From a virus (lineage: Duplodnaviria; Caudoviricetes): a stretch of DNA of 57,565 nt. The position numbers and the translations under genes were made by a program. The stretch spans positions 1 to 57,565 of IMG/VR virus record IMGVR_UViG_3300045170_000116. One strand, 5' to 3'. Position 1 is the first letter of the stretch. The number at the start of each line of letters is the position of its first letter. Below the pieces are notes generated by a model. That model made no database searches and was not told the DNA's origin. It saw nothing but the letters and a program-made list of their open reading frames with translations. Of the stretch, positions 27,371-37,573 are shown in pieces.

Positions 27371-28513
27371 TCAGCCGAGAAGCAGACCGATGTGTTCCGG
27401 CTTGATGGCGCGCGTGCCCCAGGCAAGACGGACGTGGTAGACGGTCTGCAAGAACTGGCGGTACACGGCGACCTCGAAAGCGAGGCCGGTGCGTTCATCA
27501 ACGATCGTGATGGCATCGTCTGCCGAGTCACCGCCCTTCGGCAGCGCGGGAGCGCGAGTGGCCAGGACAACGGCGGAGCGAGCAAATGCGACGTTACCGG
27601 CGTAGCTGCCGCCAACTGTGATGGCATTGTTGTCGGCGATCGATGTCAACAGACCCGGCTTATTCAACGCCAGGCTGGCATCGGTCAGTCCAGCAGAGAC
27701 ATATTTGTTGGCGGCATCAGCGGCAAAGCTCACCACGTCACCAGCCAGTACCGTTCCGGTACCCGTATCGACAGGAACTGCCACACCGCCGACCACACCG
27801 GCGCCGTCGACAAGATAGCCGGCCCCAGAGCCTTTCACATGCAACCGCACAGCATGAGAGTGGCGAATAGCCATGTTCATGACGCGATCGGTCATGCCGT
27901 TTCGCAGCATGTCCGCGGAGCCGGCTTCATTCACCTTGAAGAGGCCCGACTGCTTACCACGCATGTTGCCGATCGCTGCATGGCCCAGCACCAGCTGGAT
28001 ATCGTTAGTCGGTGCGCCGTTCTCTTCGAGAATACGCAACACGCCAGCGAAGTCCGAGAGATCATTGGCCGTGGCAAATGGCGTCGTGCCGGCCGTTCCG
28101 AAGGCGCGGGAAGCGCGACGGTAGGTTTCGAACCAGATGTCAGACTCGATCTCGTTCACCAGCGTCCGCATTGCCTGGTAGAAGCGATCGGCCTGAATGG
28201 ACGAGAAGGTGCCAGCGTTTTCGAGGCCCTTGGTTTCCTCACCGTTCCAGCGCACAGGAACGTGCTTGGACTTGGTGATTGCAACCTTCACATTGTCGAC
28301 GGTGGTGTCGCCGGTGTCGGGAGCGTTGACGCCGGGGGTGTTGTCAGCGGACGAAGCGGCGGTCGTGACAGGAACGATCACGTCCTCGTTCAGCGCTGCA
28401 CGTTCGATGCTCGATGAGCGCGAAACGGCAGGAATGAAGCCGGTCAGTTCCCGGCTCACAACGTCCAGAGCTTCGTAAAGGTCCGGAATCAGGTCAGTCA
28501 AAGTGTTGGCCAC
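27371..28513 (-). CDS. Major capsid protein (P22 coat family)
   Basis: MANTLTDLIPDLYEALDVVSRELTGFIP..; 380 aa. Confidence 0.92.
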   Translation of the reverse strand: MANTLTDLIPDLYEALDVVSRELTGFIPAVSRSSSIERAALNEDVIVPVTTAASSADNTPGVNAPDTGDTTVDNVKVAITKSKHVPVRWNGEETKGLENAGTFSSIQADRFYQAMRTLVNEIESDIWFETYRRASRAFGTAGTTPFATANDLSDFAGVLRILEENGAPTNDIQLVLGHAAIGNMRGKQSGLFKVNEAGSADMLRNGMTDRVMNMAIRHSHAVRLHVKGSGAGYLVDGAGVVGGVAVPVDTGTGTVLAGDVVSFAADAANKYVSAGLTDASLALNKPGLLTSIADNNAITVGGSYAGNVAFARSAVVLATRAPALPKGGDSADDAITIVDERTGLAFEVAVYRQFLQTVYHVRLAWGTRAIKPEHIGLLLG

Positions 28514-28604
28514 GATTGGCCTCCTTTCAGATTATCGATGTGTTGAAAGAGGCCGTTGGCCTGAGTGGCGAATGCTCTTTGAGCGTCAGCCTGAACCGGG
28601 TCGA

Positions 28605-29390
28605 TCAGTCGACCACGGTAACCTTGTCGGTCACGACAGCTTTACGCTGCGCGGCCGGATCGAGCTTGTTGAATTCTGTGCGCGAAATGGTCTTGGCGCC
28701 GACACGCCCGCCCAGGTTGCCCTTGGCGTCCATTGGCGGGGCTTTGCCAAGAAATTTCTGCCCCTTCGATGCACTCCAGTCTTTCACAAAGGACGAGACA
28801 TCGACTTCGCCAAGGTCGGTTTCCACGAATGCCTTGCGGTTGCCGTCGTCGGCGCGGGTGACCTTGATCGAAGGCGACAGGTGATCGACCACAACGTCCT
28901 CAAAGTCAGGATCAACACCGACATCACGAAGAGATTTGCGCAGCACGTCGAGCTTGGTGGTCTTGTCGATATAGCCGTCACGCTCGGATAGCTGATCGTT
29001 GAGCGTGGCGAGGTCGGTTTCGTGCTTCTTAGTCAGGTTGGCGATGCGTTGCTCGTAGAGCTGGCGCTGCGACTGGAGGTGTTCGTCATCGGCCTTCTTC
29101 TTGGCCGGATCGTCAGGATCGCCGGCCCTGGCCTTGAGGCTGATGTATTCCTCTGCGTCGAAACCATCGGGGATTTCTGCCAGACGAGTTTCTGCATCGG
29201 TGAGCTTGGTTGAAAGCTCCTTCCGACGCGTCTGCTCCTGTTTATAGGCATTGGACAGTGCGGCGATGCGAGGATGGTTCTTCACATCCTCTTCCAGGTC
29301 GAGGACGTACTTGCCGTCACTCTCACCATAAAAGGCGTGCAGTTCGGCCGGGACATTATCCAGGCTTTCGAGGATAGCTTTGAGGCCCAT
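28605..29390 (-). CDS. Capsid scaffolding protein
   Basis: LESLDNVP..FY..DGKYVLD, coiled coil, precedes capsid. Confidence 0.82.
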   Translation of the reverse strand: MGLKAILESLDNVPAELHAFYGESDGKYVLDLEEDVKNHPRIAALSNAYKQEQTRRKELSTKLTDAETRLAEIPDGFDAEEYISLKARAGDPDDPAKKKADDEHLQSQRQLYEQRIANLTKKHETDLATLNDQLSERDGYIDKTTKLDVLRKSLRDVGVDPDFEDVVVDHLSPSIKVTRADDGNRKAFVETDLGEVDVSSFVKDWSASKGQKFLGKAPPMDAKGNLGGRVGAKTISRTEFNKLDPAAQRKAVVTDKVTVVD

Positions 29391-29520
29391 TGGGCGACTC
29401 CTTAGGATTGCCGGGCACTGCCGGACATGAAAAAGCCGCCCACAACGCGACTGAGGAGCGGCCAGAACCACTAATTTACGGATTGGCTGGATGATCGCCC
29501 CCAATCTTGGGGGATCGAAG

Positions 29521-29922
29521 TTGAGACTAGCGACCGTTCTTACCGCCGCCTTTGCGTGCCTGGCATGGCCAGCTCTGGCGCAGCAGTTCACGTATGAGAA
29601 ATGGCCAATCCAGCAATCGGAATGGCTCTACTTCGATCCGCCAGTCTCAGTAGACGGGATCTGGCGGGACGAATTCGATGAAGGCGACATGACCTTTGCG
29701 AGCGGCGTCAAAATTACCGATGCGCAGGACACCTACACCTTCGTGTGCAGAGAATGGGACGAAGCCGGAAATCGCTTAAAAGGCATCATGCGACGTTGGA
29801 GCGATGATTTCTCGCAAGAGGCCGACTATGCGGCAGCGTGGTACCTGCTAAATGAGCGGGGCTCACCCTACACCTTGTTGCAATGGGCCGAGGCGTGCGG
29901 TCGCCACGACATGACAGACTGA
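29521..29922 (+). CDS. Secreted hypothetical protein (moron)
   Basis: Signal peptide, TTG start. Confidence 0.65.
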   Translation: MRLATVLTAAFACLAWPALAQQFTYEKWPIQQSEWLYFDPPVSVDGIWRDEFDEGDMTFASGVKITDAQDTYTFVCREWDEAGNRLKGIMRRWSDDFSQEADYAAAWYLLNERGSPYTLLQWAEACGRHDMTD

Positions 29923-30047
29923 CACCATAAAGGCGCTGCTGCCGGTTCACTGTTCTCTCTATGAGAAAGCCCGCATCGAAATACCGGGCGGGCATGGATT
30001 TAGGTCAGGGTTTGTGATTGCTTCCACTGATTGAGTTGGGGGGCAAT

Positions 30048-30839
30048 GTGAAGCACGTTTATGCTGGATTGGCGGGACTAGCCGTCGGACTTGTGGTTGG
30101 CTTGGTACTGTTGCGCTGGGGATGGGAAATCTCAGATATGGCAGCGTCCCCCAGCTTTGCTACTCTGTTGGCGGGCTTGGGAGGCGCCACATTAGGCGGC
30201 GTCATCTCGTATTTTATTGCGCGGCAGACCGCCAAAGAGACAGCTGAGCGCGATGAAGACGCGAGAATGTCCATTGAAAAGGCCCAGGCACTGAGCGGGC
30301 TTGTGAACACCATGCAACTGTCCAACCGCCTTTTCACGCTAAACCACAGGCTCAAGGAAGCCGCAAATCCACCAGATGGCGCCCAGCCATGGCAAATACT
30401 TCAAGCATCAGCGGGTCAAAGCAACAAAGCACCGGATTATGTTGCTGCCGAGTTTATTCCGTTTATCAACGCCGGCCATGCGGACTTCGTCCATCGAGCG
30501 CTTTTGCTGGCAGATCGGGTAGACGCCATCGAGGCGGCATATCAAACCTACAGCGAGCACAGGCTGCGGCACGAGCAGTTCATGTTACCCTTCAGCCACT
30601 TCCAGAACGGCGCGATGGTCACCGCCATTCCTCCTCAGAATCGGAGCGAATTCGACTATCGGGCAAATCTGCTGAACAAGCTCATTGCTGAGATGGCCGA
30701 TTATTGTGAACGCGACTTCGCGGACGCAACCGGTCTCATTCGCGAGATGAACAAAGCCTTCCTTGATTATTTCAAGGAGCGAGCAAACTTTCGGCTTGAT
30801 ATGCAAGATGCACAAGACACTACCCAAGTAGCCGCGTGA
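30048..30839 (+). CDS. 2-TM helical protein (moron)
   Basis: Two N-terminal TM segments then helical domain. Confidence 0.7.
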   Translation: MKHVYAGLAGLAVGLVVGLVLLRWGWEISDMAASPSFATLLAGLGGATLGGVISYFIARQTAKETAERDEDARMSIEKAQALSGLVNTMQLSNRLFTLNHRLKEAANPPDGAQPWQILQASAGQSNKAPDYVAAEFIPFINAGHADFVHRALLLADRVDAIEAAYQTYSEHRLRHEQFMLPFSHFQNGAMVTAIPPQNRSEFDYRANLLNKLIAEMADYCERDFADATGLIREMNKAFLDYFKERANFRLDMQDAQDTTQVAA

Positions 30840-30888
30840 CCTTCCCCCCGCCAAGCCGTGGGCACACACCCACTGTTTGGTTCCGACC

Positions 30889-32325
30889 CTATGCCGCCTT
30901 CTGTCCCACCTTTGGCAGAATGTCTGGCGGGGCGTCCTCTCCGAACTGATCCTTATCCATTAGCGCCAGCTCGTCCTCAGCTGTGCGATCCAGTGGCACC
31001 ACGCCACCTGCCTTAAGCCGGTCGAATGCAGATCGCCACGAGATGGCCGTCGACTGCCAGGCCGCGACGATCGCAGTGATCTCCTGCCCCGAGAGCGAAT
31101 GGTCGAAGAAGTCCAAGTTCGGCGTGACCTTCACTTCGTCAGGGTTAGCACCCATCCAAACAGCGACGTTCTTAAGTGCCCTTTCAAGCCCCGAGGCCGA
31201 AGTCATAGCAATGCCCTTGAGCGTTGAGTGCTGGCTATCGAGGCGAACGCGCTTGGCCTCGCCGCTTTCGTTTGCGCCACCCTTCTCGGCAAGCATCTGC
31301 GCGCCGAACATCACTGCCCGGTCGTAGGCCTTCTGGATCTCATTGTGCTGGGCCTCGGCGCCGGCACCCGTGAACTCAAGGAACTTGCCGTCACCGTCCT
31401 TGGGTAGAACCCATATGTTTGCACCACCAATGCCCTGGGGAACGTGGCCTTTCTCGATCGCGTCTTGCGGGTTCTCATAGCCGGAGACAACAGGGGTCGG
31501 CTCGGCGGTGTAATGCAGCGTCTGACGCAGATCAGCGTCAAGCTGGTAGATGCGGACAGAGAGTTTGGCGAGGCCGTACAGCGGCACATCGTCGGGGTCA
31601 GGGCGAAGGTCATTGGTGTTAATGAAAACGAACGGCAGGAAGCCTAAGGGCTGGCGTTTGCGGTCCTGCGCGGCGACCTCCTCACCGGGTTCAAATTTTC
31701 CATCCGCACCGGACCAGACACGAGCCATGTAGCGCCCGGTGTCCAGGTAGCATTCGCGATATTGTTCTTTTTGCTCCCACTCGTTGGTTGCCCGATCACG
31801 GACCATGCCGCTTTCATCGAGCACCACGAAATCTGCGGCCTGGTTGTCGTCTACGTCCCAGTTGATGATGGACTCTGACACGTACCCTGCAAGGTATGGA
31901 TTGCCCGCCGCGTCGATCCCCGGAAGGATGCCGTAGCGGCCTGTAGTCATAAGCTCTGTGGCGATGCGCCGATGCAGCGCTTCCAGAGTTAGGCCGTCGC
32001 GAGTTGCCTTTTCCATCAGCGGTTGGAGGGCGCTAGGCAGTTCGATTTCTGCTGCCTGATCGAGAATGGTCCCGACGGCCCCGCGCACAGTGAGCGCCAC
32101 GAGGTCAGGAAACTCAGCGCGCGCCTTGTATGCGTCGTATGCGGCCATGGCTAAGGCCCGATGCGAAGTGCTCTCCATGAGCTTCGCAAGGCCGGTCTTT
32201 ATCGGCAGGTACTTGGCGCCCGCCTTCTTGATGTCGTCTTCACCGGAGAACGCGGCGCGCATCAGCTCCCATGAGGGCGCGAACTGATCATAGGCGGGGT
32301 GTCTGACTTTAATGTCGAAGGTCAT
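30889..32325 (-). CDS. Portal protein (DUF4055/SPP1-like)
   Basis: HPAY..W..R..YLP..Y..RA.F, INW, ESGEAKRVR. Confidence 0.9.
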   Translation of the reverse strand: MTFDIKVRHPAYDQFAPSWELMRAAFSGEDDIKKAGAKYLPIKTGLAKLMESTSHRALAMAAYDAYKARAEFPDLVALTVRGAVGTILDQAAEIELPSALQPLMEKATRDGLTLEALHRRIATELMTTGRYGILPGIDAAGNPYLAGYVSESIINWDVDDNQAADFVVLDESGMVRDRATNEWEQKEQYRECYLDTGRYMARVWSGADGKFEPGEEVAAQDRKRQPLGFLPFVFINTNDLRPDPDDVPLYGLAKLSVRIYQLDADLRQTLHYTAEPTPVVSGYENPQDAIEKGHVPQGIGGANIWVLPKDGDGKFLEFTGAGAEAQHNEIQKAYDRAVMFGAQMLAEKGGANESGEAKRVRLDSQHSTLKGIAMTSASGLERALKNVAVWMGANPDEVKVTPNLDFFDHSLSGQEITAIVAAWQSTAISWRSAFDRLKAGGVVPLDRTAEDELALMDKDQFGEDAPPDILPKVGQKAA

Positions 32326-33740
32326 CAGAGGAACCCCGTGAATACAGCTGACGAAGCCGGGCCAGTCTTGTTTTCGATAAGCGCGTTGAAAGCGCGGCTG
32401 GTGCTGTCCGCGTCATCGTCATGTGTCGCCTCTGGGAAGCCCTCAAGCGCCGTAAACCAGTCCTCGTTCCAAGCCCCTCGAAGGATCAAAACGTTGCCCG
32501 CCTCGGCTTGAGCTGAGAACGGGCTGAACCGTGTAACCTTGTCGCCGCTTTCGGGCGTGGCCCGTGCCGTGAAGCCGGACAGCAGCTTGATCAGGTTCGC
32601 GACCTGCGACTTACCCGCCTGCCCCGGATCCTGCGGCAACGAAATTTCCGTCTCACGCCCATCCTGGTCGGCAGTGTTCTTGATCAGCGTCTCGACGCCG
32701 TTGGGCGACAGATACGCCTTGGTGTGATGGCCAACGACATACCGGCCGTCCGGTAGCTTGCCGATCTTTGTACCGGCAGTGCCGTCTGGATCGTTGCCTT
32801 CAACCTTCGGCGTTGCTGCCAAGTCCCAGCCACGCATCCATCGGACGCCAGGGGGTACCGCATCTATGACCTGGCACCAGCCACGCTGAAACAGCATGCC
32901 AGCAGCGGGCCGGATTTTCCAGTTGCCACCGAGAAGGCGCTCACGCTCAACAGTAGGCAACGCCATAAGGTTGGCGAGATAACCGGGATCGGCCGCCATA
33001 AGCGCGCGATTATCGCTCAACTTCGCCGGGATGAACGTCACCGACTTCGGCGGGATCGGCGTTTCGATGCCGTCCTCGTTTGGCGCCGTGTACTGGGAAA
33101 GCTCCTCAGGCTTGTCCGCCCAGATGAGCTTGTCGCCTATGCGAACGAACCAGCGCAGCACGCCGGCCCGCTCGGGGATTGGCAGGCCCGTTGCCTGATT
33201 GATCCACCACGAAATGAACTCGGCAACCCAGCTGTCAGCGTCGGGATTGCACGTCGCCCTTACATAAGGACGAACGCCGGACATCGATCGGTTGCGGCTG
33301 AGTAGGTACCAGAACTGCTTGGCCGTGAAGTGCGTCAGCTCATCGAAGCAGATGAGCGGGATTTGCGAGCCCTGCCAGTTCTGGGCCGACTTCTCGTGTT
33401 CCAGATGCGCAAACGCTACCGATGCGCCGGACGGGAAGGTCCATGACAGATCGGGAGCACTGCGCGCCTTGGCCGACAGGTTCGGGTAGAGCTTTTCGCT
33501 CTCGTCCCACAACCCGCCTTCGTTTCGGACTTGGACCAGCGTGCGCCGGAAGAACACGGCGCCGAACTGCGGGTTTGCCACATGGCGCAGCGGCTCCATC
33601 AGGAGCGCCCAAGTCTTGCCGCCGCCGGCCGAGCCTCCGTAGATCGCGATATCCGCCGGTGAGGCAAGGAACGTTGTCTGTGGCCCAGGCTGGGGGCGAA
33701 TGATTGTTTGGGCGCCCTGCCCTGCCTCAACCCCTGCCAT
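32325..33740 (-). CDS. terL: Terminase large subunit
   Basis: GGSAGGGKT Walker A, FDELT Walker B, RGWDLA and HDDDAD nuclease motifs. Confidence 0.95.
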   Translation of the reverse strand: MAGVEAGQGAQTIIRPQPGPQTTFLASPADIAIYGGSAGGGKTWALLMEPLRHVANPQFGAVFFRRTLVQVRNEGGLWDESEKLYPNLSAKARSAPDLSWTFPSGASVAFAHLEHEKSAQNWQGSQIPLICFDELTHFTAKQFWYLLSRNRSMSGVRPYVRATCNPDADSWVAEFISWWINQATGLPIPERAGVLRWFVRIGDKLIWADKPEELSQYTAPNEDGIETPIPPKSVTFIPAKLSDNRALMAADPGYLANLMALPTVERERLLGGNWKIRPAAGMLFQRGWCQVIDAVPPGVRWMRGWDLAATPKVEGNDPDGTAGTKIGKLPDGRYVVGHHTKAYLSPNGVETLIKNTADQDGRETEISLPQDPGQAGKSQVANLIKLLSGFTARATPESGDKVTRFSPFSAQAEAGNVLILRGAWNEDWFTALEGFPEATHDDDADSTSRAFNALIENKTGPASSAVFTGFL

Positions 33741-34191
33741 TGTCGGGCAACTGGAAGATCGTCACCGGCGACACTGGCACCGGCAAATCCTTTCCATCCT
33801 TCCCGGTGAGCTCGCGCCGGTTCGTGTAACTGTCACCGACCTCTTTGGCAGCCTGCTCCATAAGTGAAGCTGCCAAAACCATATTGCCCTGGGCCTCTGC
33901 CTTCTCCGCCATGCGCTGCAAGGCACGGAGACGAACGGCACGATGGCTGATGGCGATCTGTGAAGTGTCTTCGAGGAAAGCCTTGCGGGTCTCTTCGAAG
34001 AGCAACTTCCATTTCTCGGCCAAGTTCGCGCCGGCCTTCTTGTTGGGGTCGTAACCTTCAACGGCCTGGCGGGTAATCTCCTCGCCGTATTCCTTCTTGA
34101 CCGCTGCGACGACCGTTGACGGACTATCGAAGCAGGCGAGACTTTGAACGACGAACGTCTGAACCTCTACCGAGAGCTTGCCTTTTGCCAT
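33727..34191 (-). CDS. terS: Terminase small subunit (DUF2280)
   Basis: FVVQSLACFDSPS..QAAKEVG..ELTGKDG. Confidence 0.88.
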   Translation of the reverse strand: MAKGKLSVEVQTFVVQSLACFDSPSTVVAAVKKEYGEEITRQAVEGYDPNKKAGANLAEKWKLLFEETRKAFLEDTSQIAISHRAVRLRALQRMAEKAEAQGNMVLAASLMEQAAKEVGDSYTNRRELTGKDGKDLPVPVSPVTIFQLPDNGRG

Positions 34192-34224
34192 TGGTGTGTC
34201 AGGCTCCGGTCAGGAGGAATACAA

Positions 34225-34428
34225 ATGCTCAGCGTGATGTATCCGGCGGGAATGGACCCAATTGCAGGTCTCGCTAAGGTTAGAGAAATTTTCGCGAGAC
34301 AGAACATCGGCGAACTTACGCTTCACCGTCGTAGCCAAGGCGCAATTGTCAGCGGCAACCTGAATCAACTGCTGGCATTTCGCGTAAGTCTTGACGGCTT
34401 CGAGACAAGTCTTCTAGACGGCCCGTAA
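34225..34428 (+). CDS. Small hypothetical protein
   Basis: AGGAGGA RBS, 67 aa. Confidence 0.5.
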   Translation: MLSVMYPAGMDPIAGLAKVREIFARQNIGELTLHRRSQGAIVSGNLNQLLAFRVSLDGFETSLLDGP

Positions 34429-35028
34429 CCGACACGTTCCGCATGCCTCGGCAATCTTCACGTCTGCAATCTGTGGCCGCGCATTAGCTGCATCGACCAT
34501 CTCTTGAACGCCAGCGGCACCAGCGCCATACCGACGAACGACGCCGACAAACTCTTCCACGTCATGGCCGCGAATGGCGAATGCCGGCGCGCCGTTCTTG
34601 CGGAACTTCGGGGCGCCGAATGGATCACGCTCTTGCCCTGCGTGGTAAAGCTCGTGCTCAACCAGGGCCATGAACTCCGCATCGCCGCAATCACGGGCGT
34701 ATTCAGCGTCGAAGGTCAGCAGAAAGATCGGAAGCTCACCGAACCAGTCGAGCAGCTGGCGCTCTACCCTTGCCCTGCCCCACTTGTTCATGGTTGGGAG
34801 TCCCATTTCGCACTGACCGATGACCCGACGGCCGGCGCGGCCGTTTGGAACGTTGGTCCACAGCGCGCCAAGTGATGCCCAAGCCAGGTGCTTATGGTCC
34901 TCGTTCTGAAGCGGCGCGCCATCAGCGATGAACGTCTGTTGCAGCCACTCGATCAGATCGGGCGCAGGCATGAACACCGGCTCGGCGGGGCTCTCGAAGA
35001 TCTCCGCTGGCGGCATAGGCCTGTTCAT
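34414..35028 (-). CDS. Putative phage metallopeptidase
   Basis: HELYH and HDVEEF motifs. Confidence 0.88.
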   Translation of the reverse strand: MNRPMPPAEIFESPAEPVFMPAPDLIEWLQQTFIADGAPLQNEDHKHLAWASLGALWTNVPNGRAGRRVIGQCEMGLPTMNKWGRARVERQLLDWFGELPIFLLTFDAEYARDCGDAEFMALVEHELYHAGQERDPFGAPKFRKNGAPAFAIRGHDVEEFVGVVRRYGAGAAGVQEMVDAANARPQIADVKIAEACGTCRLRAV

Positions 35029-35064
35029 GCCACGCTCTCATGTCTTGGGTTGGGGAGGACGAGC

Positions 35065-35301
35065 ATGGCTGAAGACCAAAGTGCGCTGAAGCCACACACG
35101 CTCGAAGAAGTTGACGAGTGGGAACTCAGGTCCGATGAGCTGGAGGAACACCTACGTTGGGTTGAGCTGCACGGCGCCGAAATGGAGTGGAACGGCGAGG
35201 ATCCAGTTGTTGCGAGCCAGAGGTACGTTCAAAACGGACGAACCGCAATTGCTGCGACTAGGGCTCGCATCGCGGAGTTGAGGCGAACTAAACGTCAATG
35301 A
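35065..35301 (+). CDS. Small hypothetical protein
   Basis: GGAGG RBS. Confidence 0.6.
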   Translation: MAEDQSALKPHTLEEVDEWELRSDELEEHLRWVELHGAEMEWNGEDPVVASQRYVQNGRTAIAATRARIAELRRTKRQ

Positions 35302-35382
35302 CTTGATCATGTTGGCCGGCGAGGACGCCCCAGTGCCGCGCAAGCCGTTCGTTACCTATCAATCGTACACACAAGGGGCCAC

Positions 35383-35736
35383 ATGTCTGGTCGCGCTATT
35401 GTTCACGTTATCTGCCACAAAGAGCCTGGTACCAAGTACAGAGGGCTGGACGACATCAACCCTACATCGTTCATTTTCGAATCCCGGGCATGGCGCATTA
35501 ACCGAGAAGATGCGCCAAAGTTGATCGGCGGTTTGTTTTGCCTGCACAGCACGAAGAAACAACCGTCAGACTATGGCGGCGAAATTCTATCCATCGACTA
35601 CCGCCCCCAAGCCGACAACAACGGCGAGGAGATGGCGGTCGTGAAGTTTCAAGCGACAAAAGAGGCTCGCGGCAGAGAGTGGCCTGAGACTAACAATCCG
35701 ATGGAGTTTCTGAAGGTAGTCATCCCTCATGAATGA
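35383..35736 (+). CDS. Hypothetical protein
   Basis: 117 aa, overlaps next gene. Confidence 0.65.
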   Translation: MSGRAIVHVICHKEPGTKYRGLDDINPTSFIFESRAWRINREDAPKLIGGLFCLHSTKKQPSDYGGEILSIDYRPQADNNGEEMAVVKFQATKEARGREWPETNNPMEFLKVVIPHE

Positions 35737-35977
35737 CCAGATCCGATCTATTGGGACGAAACTCTCCGCAAGGCCACGTAGTCTTGGTGCCGTAGCCGGT
35801 GCGTTGATTGGCCTGCTGATCGGCCTATGGCTAGTGCCGAATTTCGGAGTCGCAAGCCGAGGTGGGGGCTTCGGGGTTTGGGGCTGGCTATTTGGCACCG
35901 TTATCGGAGCGTACGTAGGTTTTCGGATCGGTGAGTGGTGCAAGCGCCGCATCGATAGAGCGGACCGCATCGCTTAG
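35729..35977 (+). CDS. Small 2-TM protein
   Basis: Gly-rich TM segments. Confidence 0.55.
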   Translation: MNDQIRSIGTKLSARPRSLGAVAGALIGLLIGLWLVPNFGVASRGGGFGVWGWLFGTVIGAYVGFRIGEWCKRRIDRADRIA

Positions 35978-36074
35978 ACTTTGCTCGCAGCAGGCACAAC
36001 GCCAGCAAATTTCCGAGGTATTGTTATCTGCGGGCGTCCGTGCATTACTCCCAACGTAAAATATTGGGGGTACA

Positions 36075-36221
36075 ATGAAAAAGATCATCTGCGCGGTAGT
36101 CGCAATCACTCTTTCCATGAGCACTGTCGCCTATGCACATGGTGGCGGATGCCGTAAGAGTTCGCCGCCGGGAAAGTGTTGCCATATGGACAATAGTGTT
36201 GGCCGCGTGCACTGCCATTAA
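36075..36221 (+). CDS. Secreted His/Cys-rich peptide (YHYH-like), 48 aa
   Basis: MKKIICAVVAITLSMSTVAYA-HGGGCRKSSPPGKCCHMDNSVGRVHCH; below ORF-track cutoff. Confidence 0.75.
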   Translation: MKKIICAVVAITLSMSTVAYAHGGGCRKSSPPGKCCHMDNSVGRVHCH

Positions 36222-36353
36222 GAACAAGACCCGTCGGCGAGCCCCGGCGGGTCAAACACAATTGGCATCGCCTGACATGCGCCAGGTCGACGGCACGGCC
36301 AGTCTTACCCCTCCGCTGTGGCTGCCTAAAAGTGATTGCCCATTGGGCGATGC

Positions 36354-36429
36354 TGGTTGCGGGAGCAGGAATTGAACCTGCGACCTTCGGCTTATGAGAC
36401 CGGCGAGCTACCGCTGCTCCACCAACGCA
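36354..36429 (-). tRNA. tRNA-Met(CAT), initiator-like, degenerate
   Basis: GGTGGAGCAGCGGTAGCTCG..CTCATAA..GCAGGTTCAATTCCTGC..ACCA; mismatches in acceptor and anticodon stems. Confidence 0.75.
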
Positions 36430-36505
36430 TGAACCCTGCTCATCGAACCTTTGCCTAGCACAAGTTGGGTGAACAGGCCGAGCGCTTAGTCCATCAGGGA
36501 GAAAA

Positions 36506-36877
36506 GTGCAGAGGATGATCGAGGTCTTTGTATTCCGCGCACACTACAAGAACGCCAATGCGGCGGCCGCTGCCACGACCGCAGTACTCCAAGCTTTTGG
36601 CACTATCGCGCAGTTTGAGCAGATGTTCGGCGGCTCAATGACATTCGGCAGGCCTCCCTCGCGACCTGACTATCTGGGCGTCTGGGGGAGCCGCAATGTA
36701 TCGCGTTTTCGTCGCCTTCTCAGAGAACGCGTGGGCGATTTGGTGATCATCCATGCCGCGCCGCCGGCCGATCACAGTGTTTCAACGGTCACGGGCGAGC
36801 GCCCCACTCAATCCGAACGCACATCTTTTGAGAAGAAGTTGCCAACCGCGCCTGACGGTCACAAAGCCGCTCATTAG
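36506..36877 (+). CDS. Hypothetical protein
   Basis: GGGAG RBS, 123 aa. Confidence 0.5.
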   Translation: MQRMIEVFVFRAHYKNANAAAAATTAVLQAFGTIAQFEQMFGGSMTFGRPPSRPDYLGVWGSRNVSRFRRLLRERVGDLVIIHAAPPADHSVSTVTGERPTQSERTSFEKKLPTAPDGHKAAH

Positions 36878-36977
36878 CTACGCTGACCAAAAGCTACACA
36901 TATTGACCTGCTTGTCGAGAAGGCCGAAGCCGCCTTGAGAAGCAGGCCGAGCGCCTTAGCGCCCGACCGGAGAATGG

Positions 36978-37292
36978 CTAGACCGAGCAGCGGCCAGGGT
37001 CGACGTGCAGGCGGTAGCCGGCAAAGTCGAGCGCGTTCTGCTGGACCGTTGCACACAGGGCCGGAGCGGCTTCGCCCTGGTCGCCGCCGAGACTGGTCGG
37101 ATCGACATGGACATCGGCAACGATGGAGGGGCAGTCTTCGCCATCGGGAATGCCGAGGGCATAGTCGACGGTGGCAGGCTGGGAAAGATCGAGGACACAG
37201 ACGTCATCAAACGGCGCCGCAGTGGCGGGAACCATGGAAGCCATGGAGCCGACCAGACAGAGCGCCGCGATCGCAATGAACTTGCGGATCAT
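36978..37292 (-). CDS. Secreted hypothetical protein
   Basis: Signal peptide MIRKFIAIAALCLVGS. Confidence 0.6.
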   Translation of the reverse strand: MIRKFIAIAALCLVGSMASMVPATAAPFDDVCVLDLSQPATVDYALGIPDGEDCPSIVADVHVDPTSLGGDQGEAAPALCATVQQNALDFAGYRLHVDPGRCSV

Positions 37293-37573
37293 GGGCAGGC
37301 CTTTCGATGGAGGGTTATCTGCGAGCAATAAAAAAGCCGCCTCGTTTCCGGGGCGGCTATCGCTTGATACGATACTATCAACGTCGCATTACGTGCATTT
37401 AGGGTGATTTGCCCTACCCTGTCAACGTCAGCGGCCCAACGAGGAGCGGGAATATTAGTTAACAAAACCCTAGTGAGCAATAGTACTACTATTGCCCATC
37501 GGTTAAAAGCGATCAAGTCGGCCGTTCTCTGTCATGGTAGTGTCAAACTGTACATTGCTGAAGGAGGACGACG

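Noticed and set aside
36262-36353. Possible second tRNA-like element next to tRNA-Met ending in GCCA
   Set aside because: No TTC loop, D-arm or consistent acceptor stem
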